From Bacteroidota bacterium (GTDB lineage Bacteria > Bacteroidota > Bacteroidia > Palsa-965), in contig VBWE01000014.1 of the NCBI GenBank assembly GCA_006218065.1, positions 70,364 through 134,363 of the forward strand: 64,000 nucleotides of DNA, written 5' to 3'. The position numbers were made by a program, and so were the translations under genes. Within the stretch, counting starts at the first letter, position 1, and every line of letters begins with the position of its first letter. Positions 45,105-55,371 of the stretch are shown here, in pieces. The notes under the pieces were generated by a model. The model did no database searches, was not told where the DNA came from, and was given only the letters and a program-made list of their open reading frames with translations.

Positions 45105-46604
45105 ATGAAAAAATTCTACGTACTTCTCATTTTCCTACTTCCCGTTTCCATCCTTCCCGCCCAGCAATACCGTTGCTTCCAGCAGAGTGATACGACCTGG
45201 TATGAATATCACACCGGGATGACACAGATGTTCCAGGCGATTCATATCGACTCGGTTGCGGCCCTGTCGGGAGATTCCGCTTTTTACAATTATAAAGTCG
45301 CGATCGGCAGTCCGGCGAATTCCACCTGCTTTACAATGGACGACACGACCTGGATGGGAGCGCCGTCTGTTCGCAGGGTAAACGGGAACGAAATTTTTTA
45401 CAACGATAATGGCGACAGTATTGTGATCAAACCGCAGGCTGCCATGGGAAATTCCTGGCGGTTACTCGAACTGGGCGGCGGCAATTATCTTGAAGCGACA
45501 GTCAGCGGCATTGCTTCGCAGAGCGTGCTGAATCAAACCGGCAATGTGAAAACGATTACGATCCAGGCGAAAGATATTTCCAACATGCCCATGGCACATA
45601 TGTTCAACGGTAAAACCATACAGGTCAGCGAAGACTACGGCTTTGTGCGTATTTATCACCTGCGTTATTTTCCGGGAGATACGTCAGCATACACAATTGC
45701 CGGGAAAACGGGCATGACCGGCGTTGCGCACCAGGTTACGGCGGCTGATATTTTCGATTTCAATATCGGGGAACAATTCGATTACCACGGCCATGAACGC
45801 ACAGGCATGCCGCCGAACCAGTTTGTTTTTGATCTGTACACGACCAACGTACTTACTGCCAAACAGGTGAACGGAAATTCCATCACCTACACCTGGAGCC
45901 AGACGTATTGCAAGAAAATGGGTACAACGATCATCACCAGCTACGCCAACCAGCCGTATGTGGAAACGGTTTACACGGGCCTGCTGGATACTACGGCCTA
46001 TCTCGATAAACTTCCCGAAGAACATGTGTACCCGCTCGATACGGTTACGGGAAATTACATGGACGAATACAGTTTCTTTTTCTACCAGCCGGCTGTTTAC
46101 AACGGACGCCTGCAGCGCAATTACGGCCGTATCTGGCCTTATGGTTACGCAGGTCAGCAATGCTGGTCGGGATCGACGGTTTCTTTCGGCCCCTGCGACA
46201 ATATCCAGCAGAATTACGTGGTTGGCCTGGGCCTGGCTTTTACCGGCGCGAGCCCGTTTTATTGCAATGATAACCGGCTGGTTTACTTCCAGAAAGGCAT
46301 CGAAACCTGGGGAACACCCAACGACTGGCCGCTGATTCTCGGCGAAAAAGACCTGTCTCTTTCCCAAAATACCTTAAAACTGTACCCGGTCCCCGCCGAA
46401 GACCAGGTTACCCTGCAAATGCCTTTTGGAACAAACGACCGTACAATCCGTCTCTACGACGCTGCGGGGCGGCTGCTGGATGTAACAAACTGGCCTTCAG
46501 GATCGTTAACAAGGCAGTTAAACGTGGCCCATTTACCAGCGGGCGTTTACCGGGTGGCCGTGGATGGTCCGGAAGGGCGTTCAAATGCTATGCTGGTAAG
46601 GTAA
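45105..46604 (+). CDS. Secreted protein with T9SS type A CTD
   Basis: Signal peptide; LYPVPA...LYDAAGR...LPAGVY CTD. Confidence 0.85.
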   Translation: MKKFYVLLIFLLPVSILPAQQYRCFQQSDTTWYEYHTGMTQMFQAIHIDSVAALSGDSAFYNYKVAIGSPANSTCFTMDDTTWMGAPSVRRVNGNEIFYNDNGDSIVIKPQAAMGNSWRLLELGGGNYLEATVSGIASQSVLNQTGNVKTITIQAKDISNMPMAHMFNGKTIQVSEDYGFVRIYHLRYFPGDTSAYTIAGKTGMTGVAHQVTAADIFDFNIGEQFDYHGHERTGMPPNQFVFDLYTTNVLTAKQVNGNSITYTWSQTYCKKMGTTIITSYANQPYVETVYTGLLDTTAYLDKLPEEHVYPLDTVTGNYMDEYSFFFYQPAVYNGRLQRNYGRIWPYGYAGQQCWSGSTVSFGPCDNIQQNYVVGLGLAFTGASPFYCNDNRLVYFQKGIETWGTPNDWPLILGEKDLSLSQNTLKLYPVPAEDQVTLQMPFGTNDRTIRLYDAAGRLLDVTNWPSGSLTRQLNVAHLPAGVYRVAVDGPEGRSNAMLVR

Positions 46605-46665
46605 AACGTACTAATTTGGCATGTCGTTTGAAGTATAAACGGCAACGCTATTAACGAATACCAAT

Positions 46666-47475
46666 ATGAAACGTATAGTCATCAGCCTCTGCATCTCCTG
46701 TGCGATCCCGGTTTGGGCCGGCACAGGCGCCCAGGTGGATTATAGTCTCCAGCAAAAGGACGAATTGCGGAAGGTGCCTAACGCGGCATTCAAACGCGGT
46801 GAAGAACTGAAATACCGCATGCACTACGGGCTGATCAACGCGGGGGAAGCGATCCTGACCGTGGAAAATGAGAACAAAGTAGTCGGCGGACGGAATACAT
46901 TACATGTTGTTGGAAAAGGATACTCACGCGGTACGTTCGACTGGTTTTTCAAAGTCCGCGACCGTTACGAATCGTACATCGACGAAGAAGCGATGGCGCC
47001 TTTGATTTTCATCCGCCAGGTGGATGAAGGCGGTTTCAAGATCAACCAGAAACAGATTTACGATCACCGCGCAGGACGCGTGAGTTCGAACGGCAAAATG
47101 CTGAGCGTACCGAGTTATGTGCAGGATATGATTTCCTCGTTCTATTATGCGCGAAGCATGGATTACAGCAAAGCCAAGCCCGGCGATATCTTCGAAATTC
47201 CCTGTTTCATGGACGATGAAATATGGCCGCTGAAGATGAAATACGTCGGGAAAGAAACGATCAAATCGGATGTGGGCAAAGTGCGTTGCCTCAAGTTCCG
47301 CCCGGTAGTTCAGAAAGGCCGCGTGTTTAAAAGCGAGGAAGACCTGACTGCCTGGATCAGCGACGATGCGATGCACGTTCCGGTCCGCGCCGAAGCGAAT
47401 ATCCTGGTCGGTTCCATCAAAATGGACCTGATGTCGTACTCGAATCTTACCGGTGCGCTCAACATTGTGAAATAA
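46666..47475 (+). CDS. DUF3108-family protein
   Basis: AFKRGEELKYRMHYG; FFKVRDRYESY; QDMISSFY; WISDD..HVP. Confidence 0.85.
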   Translation: MKRIVISLCISCAIPVWAGTGAQVDYSLQQKDELRKVPNAAFKRGEELKYRMHYGLINAGEAILTVENENKVVGGRNTLHVVGKGYSRGTFDWFFKVRDRYESYIDEEAMAPLIFIRQVDEGGFKINQKQIYDHRAGRVSSNGKMLSVPSYVQDMISSFYYARSMDYSKAKPGDIFEIPCFMDDEIWPLKMKYVGKETIKSDVGKVRCLKFRPVVQKGRVFKSEEDLTAWISDDAMHVPVRAEANILVGSIKMDLMSYSNLTGALNIVK

Positions 47476-47706
47476 CAACGATTTTCTACATCCCCGAACC
47501 GGCAGGCACGTTCAAACGGCTTGCCGGTTCTGCTTTTATCCCAATTCTTTCCCTGTATAAACTTCGTATTCCTGCGTTTTGCGCGGTGAGGATTCGGAAA
47601 TATTAACCGCAGTGTCCATGACATCTGTCATTTTTTTCACCGCCCGGCATTTTCTAACTTGCGCCTCTTCCGGAACCAACCGGTAAGAATTAAAATCACG
47701 GGCAAG

Positions 47707-48636
47707 ATGGACATGAAGCCAGGAATGAGCGAAACGCTGAAACAGATCGAAGAAAAACACGCCGCACTCGGGCAGGACGCAGGTTCTTACCTGAAAGGTT
47801 TTCTCTACAGCAAACCGCTGGCCTACTGGGATTATGTGCAACTCGAAACGCTTCTTTCCCTGCAGCGCCCGCGGACCGATTACCCGGACGAGCCGATCTT
47901 CATCATGTATCACCAGGTTACCGAACTGCTGCTCAAACTGATCATACATGAACTGCAGCAGGTAGTCGACCTGGAATGCCCGCACCCGGCATTTTTCAGC
48001 ACCAAGATAGAACGCGTGAACCGTTACGCCGGCATCCTGACGCAATCGTTCGCGGTGATGCGCGAAGGCATGGATTACGATCAGTACAATGAGTTCCGCC
48101 TCACGCTCGCACCGGCCAGCGGACTGCAGAGCATGCAGTTCCGCGTGATCGAAATCATGTGCACGGACATCGTTCACCTGCTCAATCACCGCGTAAAAGG
48201 AAAGCTCGACGAAAGCGCAGGCATGGACAAACTGTTCGAAGAACTGTACTGGAAAGACGCCGGGCTGGACCGCAAAACAGGAAAGAAAACGCAAACCCTG
48301 CAGCTTTTCGAAGAGAAATACGAAACCGGTTTTAAAAAACTCGCCGGCGAGATGAAGGAGAATAACCTGCTGAAAAAATTTCTCACCATCGAAAGCAAAA
48401 GTGAAGATTACGAAAAACTGAAATCCGCGCTCCGTGCTTTCGACCATACATACAACGTGGAATGGCCGCTTTCGCATCTCAAAACGGCGGAGCATTACCT
48501 CAACTCGAAAGGCGTTATGAAAGGCGCCACCGGCGGCAGCGAATGGCAGAAATACCTGCATCCCTCGTACCAGCGCCGCATTTTCTTCCCGCAACTTTGG
48601 ACTAAAGAAGAACTGGAGAACTGGGGTAAGTTTTAA
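47707..48636 (+). CDS. kynA: Tryptophan 2,3-dioxygenase family protein
   Basis: YWDYVQLETLLSLQ; FIMYHQVTEL; PASGLQSMQFR; ATGGS. Confidence 0.88.
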   Translation: MDMKPGMSETLKQIEEKHAALGQDAGSYLKGFLYSKPLAYWDYVQLETLLSLQRPRTDYPDEPIFIMYHQVTELLLKLIIHELQQVVDLECPHPAFFSTKIERVNRYAGILTQSFAVMREGMDYDQYNEFRLTLAPASGLQSMQFRVIEIMCTDIVHLLNHRVKGKLDESAGMDKLFEELYWKDAGLDRKTGKKTQTLQLFEEKYETGFKKLAGEMKENNLLKKFLTIESKSEDYEKLKSALRAFDHTYNVEWPLSHLKTAEHYLNSKGVMKGATGGSEWQKYLHPSYQRRIFFPQLWTKEELENWGKF

Positions 48637-48654
48637 GGGCTCTCCGGGAAATTG

Positions 48655-48734
48655 GTTTAAACGTACGCTTAAACGTAGCTTTAAACCTACGTTTAAAACT
48701 ACGTTGCTAGTCGACGACTCAGTCGTCGACTAGC
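48655..48734. repeat. Four 12-bp tandem units (GTTTAAACGTAC-like) followed by a 29-bp palindrome
   Basis: Units at 48655, 48667, 48679, 48691; GCTAGTCGACGACT-C-AGTCGTCGACTAGC at 48706-48734. Confidence 0.8.
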
Positions 48735-48811
48735 GGAGACTGTATTCCAGGGCTCGTGAAAAGCGACTCTTTTACCGAAGTCTTGCGTAACTTTGGATAA
48801 GCCACGTATTC

Positions 48812-51274
48812 ATGCCCGGGAAAAAAATCGGTTTCCTTTTTCTTTTTTTGTTGCTCTTCGCCGCAACGGATACGCTTTTGGCTTACCAGGTGAGCGGGCG
48901 TGTTACGGATGAAAAAGGCGAAGCGCTGCCGTACGCGGTGGTTTACGTGAAAGGAACCACGCGCGGGACTACGACCAACGTGGAAGGCCGTTATTCGCTG
49001 GAACTTTTGCCGGGCAAATACACGCTCGTTTTCCAGATGATCAGTTTTGCGCAGCACACCGCCGAAGTTGATCTCAGTTCCGGCAATGCCAGCCTCGATA
49101 TCCGGCTGCGCCCCACGGTGATGACTACCAAAGAAGTCACGATCACCGCCGGCGAAGATCCTGCGTACGAAGTGATCCGGCAGGCCATCAAAAAAAGAAA
49201 ATTTTACCGCGACCAGGTGGATGCGTTCAGTTGCGACGTGTACATCAAAGGTCTGCAGCGAATCACGCAGCACCCGAAAAAAATCATGGGCCTGGAAGTT
49301 GATCCCGAAGGGGAGATCGACAGCACAACGGGTATCGTGTATCTTTCCGAATCGGTTTCCCGATTTAATTTCGCGCAGCCGGACAAGATCAAAGAAGAAA
49401 TGATTTCCTCCAAGGTCAGCGGCGACAATAAAGCGTTCAGCTACAACCAGGCCAGCGAAATGCTGTTCAATTTTTACGAAAACCTGATCGAGATCGACGG
49501 GTTGAGCGAGCGCGGTTTTGTTTCACCGATCTCGGCGAGCGCTTTGTTTTTCTACAAATATCACCTGGTCGGCACTTTTTTCGAAGGCGAAAACATGATC
49601 AACAAAATTGAAGTGACGCCCAAAAGGAAAAGTGATCCCGTATTCCGCGGCTACCTGTACATCATGGAAAATTCCTGGCGCATCCACAGCACGGAATTGT
49701 ACCTGACGAAAGACGCGCAGATCGATTTCGTGGATACGCTCGTTATCAACCAGCAGTTCGTGCCGGTGGAAAAGGACGTGTGGATGCTGTTCAGCAACAG
49801 GTTCCGTTTCAACTTCGGGTTCATGGGCATAAAAGGAAGTGGCTACTTCGTGAGTACGAACAAAAATTATGTGCTCAATCCCGATTTCCCGAAACGTTTT
49901 TTCAACGGCGAGGAAATGAAAGTGAACGACGACGCGAATAAAAAAGATTCCGCTTACTGGAAAGACACCCGTCCCGTTCCGCTCACGTACGAAGAAGAGC
50001 GCGACTACCGGAAACGCGACAGCCTGCAGCGGATACGGGAATCGAAACCCTACCTCGATTCGCTGGACAGGAAAACGAACAAACCGGCTTTCGGTGATAT
50101 TGTGTTTACGGGTTACACGTTCAACAGGCGATTCAAAAAAGAGAGTTACGGATTTTCGCCGCTCATCCAGGATATCAGTTTCAATACCGTGCAGGGCTGG
50201 CGCATCGCGCTGGATATGGAGTATGAAAAACGCTGGGAGAACAACCGGTATCTCTCCGTTTCACCTGAGTTCAATTACGGTTTGTCGTCGGTGCGCGGTT
50301 ACGGATCGGTACACGCGACGTACGTTTATAAACCGGTCCGTTTCGAACGGATCTCCGTGGACGGCGGTTACGATGCGGTGCAGTTCAACGGGCGCGAACC
50401 GATCGGTCCTTTTCTGAATGCACTGTACACGTTGTTCGATGAACGGAATTTCCTGAAACTGTACGGGAAATCGTACGGGGGCCTTACGTGGAACCGCGAA
50501 CTGGTTAACGGTGTGATCATGAACCTCGGTGCGGAATACGCCGACCGCAAACCGCTTTTTAATACGACTGATTATACGATCGTGAAACACGATGACCGCG
50601 ACTACAGTTCCAACCACCCGCTCGATCCGGACAACCGCGACACGACGGCTTCGTTCAATCCGCACCAGTCGGTGATCGTGAACCTGCAGATGACTTTCCG
50701 CATCAAACAGAAATATTACACGCGCCCGAACGTCAAGATCATCATCGGTTCCAAATGGCCTTCGTTCGGGTTGCAGTACCGGAAAGGACTTGCATTGTTC
50801 GGCGGAGATACGGATTACGATTTCGTGAAGATCAGCGTGCGCGATGAAATCAAACTGAAACTTTTCGGCCGTTTGAAATATTACGTTGCCGGCGGAAAAT
50901 TTCTCACGACAAAATCGCTGCTCTTTCCGGATTATTATCATTTCCAGGGCAACCGGACACTCTGGTCTTCGTTCCTGTTCCAGGGTTTTCATTTGCTGGA
51001 ATATTACAAATACAGTACGCCGGGCGTTTTCGTGGAAGCTCATGCGGAGCATAATTTCGGCGGCTTCATCCTGAATAAAATTCCGCTTGTGCGCAAGCTG
51101 AAACTTTGGGAAATTGCAGGAGTGAATTATATTATGACAGACTCGCCTTCGGTGCAATACCTCGAAGTGTTTTTCGGTTTGGAGAAGCTCGACGTGATCC
51201 GCGTGGATTTCGCGCTGGGTTTTATGCAGAACAGGCAGGTAAGTACCGGATTACGGTTTGGATTGAAAATATAA
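48812..51274 (+). CDS. DUF5686 + carboxypeptidase-regulatory-like domain outer-membrane protein
   Basis: GRVTDEKGEALPYA...GTTTN..G; EDPAYEVIRQAI; YLSESVS; SPIS..A.FFY.Y; TAACTTTG box at 48788. Confidence 0.88.
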   Translation: MPGKKIGFLFLFLLLFAATDTLLAYQVSGRVTDEKGEALPYAVVYVKGTTRGTTTNVEGRYSLELLPGKYTLVFQMISFAQHTAEVDLSSGNASLDIRLRPTVMTTKEVTITAGEDPAYEVIRQAIKKRKFYRDQVDAFSCDVYIKGLQRITQHPKKIMGLEVDPEGEIDSTTGIVYLSESVSRFNFAQPDKIKEEMISSKVSGDNKAFSYNQASEMLFNFYENLIEIDGLSERGFVSPISASALFFYKYHLVGTFFEGENMINKIEVTPKRKSDPVFRGYLYIMENSWRIHSTELYLTKDAQIDFVDTLVINQQFVPVEKDVWMLFSNRFRFNFGFMGIKGSGYFVSTNKNYVLNPDFPKRFFNGEEMKVNDDANKKDSAYWKDTRPVPLTYEEERDYRKRDSLQRIRESKPYLDSLDRKTNKPAFGDIVFTGYTFNRRFKKESYGFSPLIQDISFNTVQGWRIALDMEYEKRWENNRYLSVSPEFNYGLSSVRGYGSVHATYVYKPVRFERISVDGGYDAVQFNGREPIGPFLNALYTLFDERNFLKLYGKSYGGLTWNRELVNGVIMNLGAEYADRKPLFNTTDYTIVKHDDRDYSSNHPLDPDNRDTTASFNPHQSVIVNLQMTFRIKQKYYTRPNVKIIIGSKWPSFGLQYRKGLALFGGDTDYDFVKISVRDEIKLKLFGRLKYYVAGGKFLTTKSLLFPDYYHFQGNRTLWSSFLFQGFHLLEYYKYSTPGVFVEAHAEHNFGGFILNKIPLVRKLKLWEIAGVNYIMTDSPSVQYLEVFFGLEKLDVIRVDFALGFMQNRQVSTGLRFGLKI

Positions 51275-51280
51275 GTTATC

Positions 51281-51377
51281 CGATTTGAAAATGATTCAAT
51301 TTGAAAATTGAGAAGATGCCCGTGCGCGTTGACATGTGTGCATTTTCAAATTTTCAAATTGATTCATTTTCAAATTG
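51281..51377. repeat. ATTTGAAAATG-family MITE-like element
   Basis: Same orientation and internal GAGAAGATG...GACATGTG.GCA as 44968-45064. Confidence 0.85.
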
Positions 51378-51405
51378 ATTATCCCGAGCTTAAAAAAAAG
51401 TGACC

Positions 51406-52713
51406 ATGAAAAAAATACTTCTATTGTTATGCTGCCTGTTCACATTGGGTACCCAGGCGCAGCAATACCCGACGTTTTCGAAAACCCTGGCGAACGGGTT
51501 GAAGGTGATCGTCTGCGAAAAACCGGGGAACGATTTCGCGCAGGTGGAAGTCTGGTACCGCACCGGCAGCAAGGATGAAAAGCCCGGCATCCGCGGCATG
51601 GCGCATATGTTCGAGCACATGATGTTCCGCGGAACGAAAAATTTTCCCGGCAGCCGGCTGATGGATATGCTCGACAGCGTGGGCGGAAACTGGAACGCAT
51701 ACACTACGTTCGACCGCACGGTTTACCACGAGTATTTACCGGCAGGCGCGGTGGATATGGCCCTGCAACTGGAAGCCGACCGCATGACCAACCTGGTGGT
51801 TACGCAGGAAATTCTAAATACCGAGCGCGAGGTGGTGGGCGAGGAGCTGCGTAACGGTTTGAGCAACTGGTACCGCAAAACGATGACGGACCGCTACCCG
51901 CTACTTTATCCCGCGGGCCATCCGTACGAAGTGGACGTGATCGGTAACCTGGATGAGATCACGGCGTTCACCGCGCAGCAATGCATGGACTTTTACAATA
52001 ATTTTTACAGCCCGAACAATGCGTTTGTCGTGGTGGCCGGGAATGTGAAACACGATGCGGTTTTTGCGAGCTGCGAAAAATATTTCGGACCGGTGACCAA
52101 GCAACTGAAACTGGAAAAGAAGCAGGACATCCCGGATGTATTTACCAGCAAGCTGAAAGGCACCGACGTGGAACTGAATTTCCCGGTGCAGATTTACAGT
52201 TACGCCTTCCCGCATCCTTCGCCGGACAGTAAGGATTTTTTCGCGGTGAATATGCTGACGTCGGTTTTATTCACGGATGATAATTCCATTCTCATGAACC
52301 GGCTGGTGAAAAAGGATTTCAGCGCTTACGGGATCCAGGCGGTCAGCGAGGACTACAGTTTGTATCCCAACCGCATGCTCATCGACGTATTTATGCCGCC
52401 CAGCCCGGGAAATGTGAAAGTGAAAAAAGCCATCCGCGAAGAAATTTCGAAAGTCGCCGCCGAAGGTTTGCCGGAAGACATGATCGATGCGTTTATCGCG
52501 CACCAGGAAGCGACTCAGCTGCTGAGCAATTATTCATCGGCGGATATCGCAGGACAGTTGGGCATCGCGGAATATTATTTCCGGGATCACCGCAGGGCAT
52601 TCTCGCCCGCCGACGAGTATAAAAAAATCACGAACGATGATTTCAAAAGAGTTGCCGCAACGTATTTCTCCGAAGAAAAAATCGAAATCATCAACCTCAA
52701 GCCCGCATTCTGA
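51406..52713 (+). CDS. M16 zinc peptidase, catalytic subunit
   Basis: GMAHMFEHMMFRG (HXXEH); NAYT; LEADRM. Confidence 0.92.
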   Translation: MKKILLLLCCLFTLGTQAQQYPTFSKTLANGLKVIVCEKPGNDFAQVEVWYRTGSKDEKPGIRGMAHMFEHMMFRGTKNFPGSRLMDMLDSVGGNWNAYTTFDRTVYHEYLPAGAVDMALQLEADRMTNLVVTQEILNTEREVVGEELRNGLSNWYRKTMTDRYPLLYPAGHPYEVDVIGNLDEITAFTAQQCMDFYNNFYSPNNAFVVVAGNVKHDAVFASCEKYFGPVTKQLKLEKKQDIPDVFTSKLKGTDVELNFPVQIYSYAFPHPSPDSKDFFAVNMLTSVLFTDDNSILMNRLVKKDFSAYGIQAVSEDYSLYPNRMLIDVFMPPSPGNVKVKKAIREEISKVAAEGLPEDMIDAFIAHQEATQLLSNYSSADIAGQLGIAEYYFRDHRRAFSPADEYKKITNDDFKRVAATYFSEEKIEIINLKPAF

Positions 52714-52715
52714 TC

Positions 52716-54068
52716 ATGAAACGGATACTCTTTTTTCTCGCCATACTTGCGCACACGTTTGCGAACGCGCAATTCTTCCCGCAAACCGAACGGTATAAAC
52801 TGAAGAACGGCCTGGAAGTGATTTTCGCGGATTACGGCGAACTGCCGGTGACTTCGCTTGCGTTTTTCGTGAACACGGGAAAGAAAAGCGAAACGCCCGG
52901 CCAGCAGGGACTTGCGGCGATTACGGCGAACGGGCTGCTGCTGGGTTCCGCCAAATATTCACAGACGCAGCTGGACCATAAACTGTACACGATGGGCAGT
53001 TCGATCGGCGCTTCGAGCAACGATAATTTCAGCACGGTTTCGGGAAGATTCCTGAACAGGGATATTGCGCAGGGCATGGAACTGATGGCCGAAGCGATCC
53101 TGCACCCGGCTTTCCCGCAGCAGGAAATCAGCGAGTACATGCGTTTCCAGCTCGCGCAGAACAAGCCCGCGAAAATGGACATCACGCAGTTGGCCGACGT
53201 GTATTCGGATTATTTCGTTTTCGGAACGGCAAATCCGCTCGGGCGGTATTTTTATGAAACGCAGCTGAACAAAATCACCGTCGCGCAAATCAAAGAATTC
53301 TGGCAGTTCAATTACACGCCGAAGAATACGAAGCTTGTCGTTACCGGCAAACCCGACCGCGAGCAGGTGAAAAAACTCATCGAACAGTATTTCGGTCCCT
53401 GGGAAGCCGCCTACGGCGAAGTAAACGGTTCGGAATATGAAACCGCGCCGATCAAAAGCAAAGAATACGCGTTCGTGAATAAAGAAGGTGTTACACAGGC
53501 CTGCCTCGCGTGGACCAAGCGCGCGCCTGCTGCCGACAGTAAAGACCTCGTGGCTTTCGATCTCGCAAACCACGTTTTCGGAAAACTGCTGATGGACGTG
53601 ATCCGCGAAAAAGAAGGAAAAACGTACGGCATTTACAGCAGTTTCAGCGAGCAGCAGGATACCAAAGTTTTCCGTGTGCAGACGCAGGTGCGCAACGAAG
53701 TGATGTACACCACCATCGAATCGTTCGATCGCGTGCTGCAGGATTTTTTCACGAAAGGCGTGGATGAAGCCTCGCTGAAAAAAATGAAAACGATGATGCG
53801 CACCGAACTCACCGGCCTGGAAGAACCCGGTTCGATGGCTTCGGCGATCAATCCCTGGGTATACCGCGATTACGAAAAACGGAAAACCTACCTCGACGAA
53901 TTGAACAAGCTCGACCTGGCTACGGTGAACAAAGCCGTCAAAAAATACTTCACGCCCGATTCGTATAAACTGGTCGTGGCCGGTGATGAAAAAGCCCTGG
54001 CCGGTCAACTGGCTAAAGTGAAGGAACTTCAGCGGATTGACCTGAAGGCGATTGAGGTGGATCAGTGA
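52716..54068 (+). CDS. M16 peptidase, non-catalytic partner subunit
   Basis: LKNGL; lacks HXXEH; IREKEGKTYG. Confidence 0.88.
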   Translation: MKRILFFLAILAHTFANAQFFPQTERYKLKNGLEVIFADYGELPVTSLAFFVNTGKKSETPGQQGLAAITANGLLLGSAKYSQTQLDHKLYTMGSSIGASSNDNFSTVSGRFLNRDIAQGMELMAEAILHPAFPQQEISEYMRFQLAQNKPAKMDITQLADVYSDYFVFGTANPLGRYFYETQLNKITVAQIKEFWQFNYTPKNTKLVVTGKPDREQVKKLIEQYFGPWEAAYGEVNGSEYETAPIKSKEYAFVNKEGVTQACLAWTKRAPAADSKDLVAFDLANHVFGKLLMDVIREKEGKTYGIYSSFSEQQDTKVFRVQTQVRNEVMYTTIESFDRVLQDFFTKGVDEASLKKMKTMMRTELTGLEEPGSMASAINPWVYRDYEKRKTYLDELNKLDLATVNKAVKKYFTPDSYKLVVAGDEKALAGQLAKVKELQRIDLKAIEVDQ

Positions 54069-54183
54069 TTTTAATTATTTGATATTCAATATATTAACAT
54101 GTAAGACAATAAAAATGTTGTCAATTTATTTTTGACAATTAATTCGTTGTCATAAATTTGTAGCAACAAAATCGTTGTCAAAA

Positions 54184-55365
54184 ATGGATTGGATAAAACC
54201 GAAAACAATTACCGGATCTCCTGCAGAAGGAGATTGCTATCTCAGAAGACAATATATAAATGATGAGTTCTGGGAGAAGATACGAAATAACGAACACATT
54301 CTTTTTGTAGCTCCACGTCGTGTCGGGAAGTCTTCAGTAATGAAAGACTTGGAGAACAGCCCGGAAGGTTGTGTTGCCGTGTATCAGAATATTGAATCTG
54401 ACAGGAATCAACGGGAGTTTTTCAAAAGAATTTTTTTGCTGCTTCTTGATCGATTAAAAGGACATAATCGGTTTATCAAACGGGTTGGACAATGGATAAA
54501 GCAGAGAGGGATTGGAGAAATATCTGCGGAAGGAATTAAGTTCGAATCAAAAGAGCTGAGTTATAAAGAAGAGTTGCTTGGATTAATTGAAGAACTTGGG
54601 AAAGAAGAAGATTTGCGTATAGTTATGATGCTGGATGAATTTCCTGATGTTATCCAGGCGATTGCAAAGAATGACGGAGATGAAGCAGCGATAGAAACGC
54701 TCAGGACCCTTCGCAAAATCAGGCACGATAAAGAGTTTAAACAGTTTTCTTTTGTTTTTGCCGGCTCGGTTGGACTTCGTCATGTCGTAGCTACGCTTGA
54801 CAGGGAGAGCTTAATCAATGATCTTGCTCCTGTTCGTATCGACAAGTTGTCTGATCCTGAAGCGCACGAGTTGCTGAACTTGTTGCTGAACGGAGTTACG
54901 ATGCAAATGGGATTGCAGGAAAGGGATTACCTGCTGGATAAAATTACCTACCTGCTTCCGTATCACATTCAATTGATGGTAGAGAAATGTGATATCATTC
55001 TTTATGTTACAAAAACAACTGTTATTACACGGCAAGATATCGACAAAGCCTTTGATGAAGTTATTAAGGAAGGACGAAACTTCAATGATTGGGAAACGCG
55101 ACTTACAAGATACCTGGTCAAAGAAGATTCAAAGTATTGTATTGAGATATTAACCCGAGCCGCACATATTGAAGGATACACAATTCAGGATGCATTTAAT
55201 CATTCAAAAAAAGCTGCTCCGGTTACCGGGTATAAAGCGTTGCTGGATGATATCCTTATTAAGGATGGGTACCTGGTCGAAGAAAATGGCAGGTATTTTT
55301 TTCTTTCGCCGTTTCTCCGGGAATGGTGGAAAAACAGGCACCCGGAATTTGAAATCGAAGACTGA
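54184..55365 (+). CDS. P-loop ATPase (STAND/AAA-like) with probable C-terminal winged helix, low GC
   Basis: Walker A APRRVGKS; Walker B MMLDEF; FAGSVG; PYHIQ; FLSPFLREWW. Confidence 0.85.
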   Translation: MDWIKPKTITGSPAEGDCYLRRQYINDEFWEKIRNNEHILFVAPRRVGKSSVMKDLENSPEGCVAVYQNIESDRNQREFFKRIFLLLLDRLKGHNRFIKRVGQWIKQRGIGEISAEGIKFESKELSYKEELLGLIEELGKEEDLRIVMMLDEFPDVIQAIAKNDGDEAAIETLRTLRKIRHDKEFKQFSFVFAGSVGLRHVVATLDRESLINDLAPVRIDKLSDPEAHELLNLLLNGVTMQMGLQERDYLLDKITYLLPYHIQLMVEKCDIILYVTKTTVITRQDIDKAFDEVIKEGRNFNDWETRLTRYLVKEDSKYCIEILTRAAHIEGYTIQDAFNHSKKAAPVTGYKALLDDILIKDGYLVEENGRYFFLSPFLREWWKNRHPEFEIED

Positions 55366-55371
55366 GAAATC

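Noticed and set aside
48655-48734. Possible CRISPR array here or in other repeat tracts
   Set aside because: No constant 25-45-bp repeats with unique spacers and no cas genes.
51406-54068. Second M16 gene as a pseudogene
   Set aside because: Intact ORF; a catalytic plus non-catalytic pair is normal for M16B peptidases.
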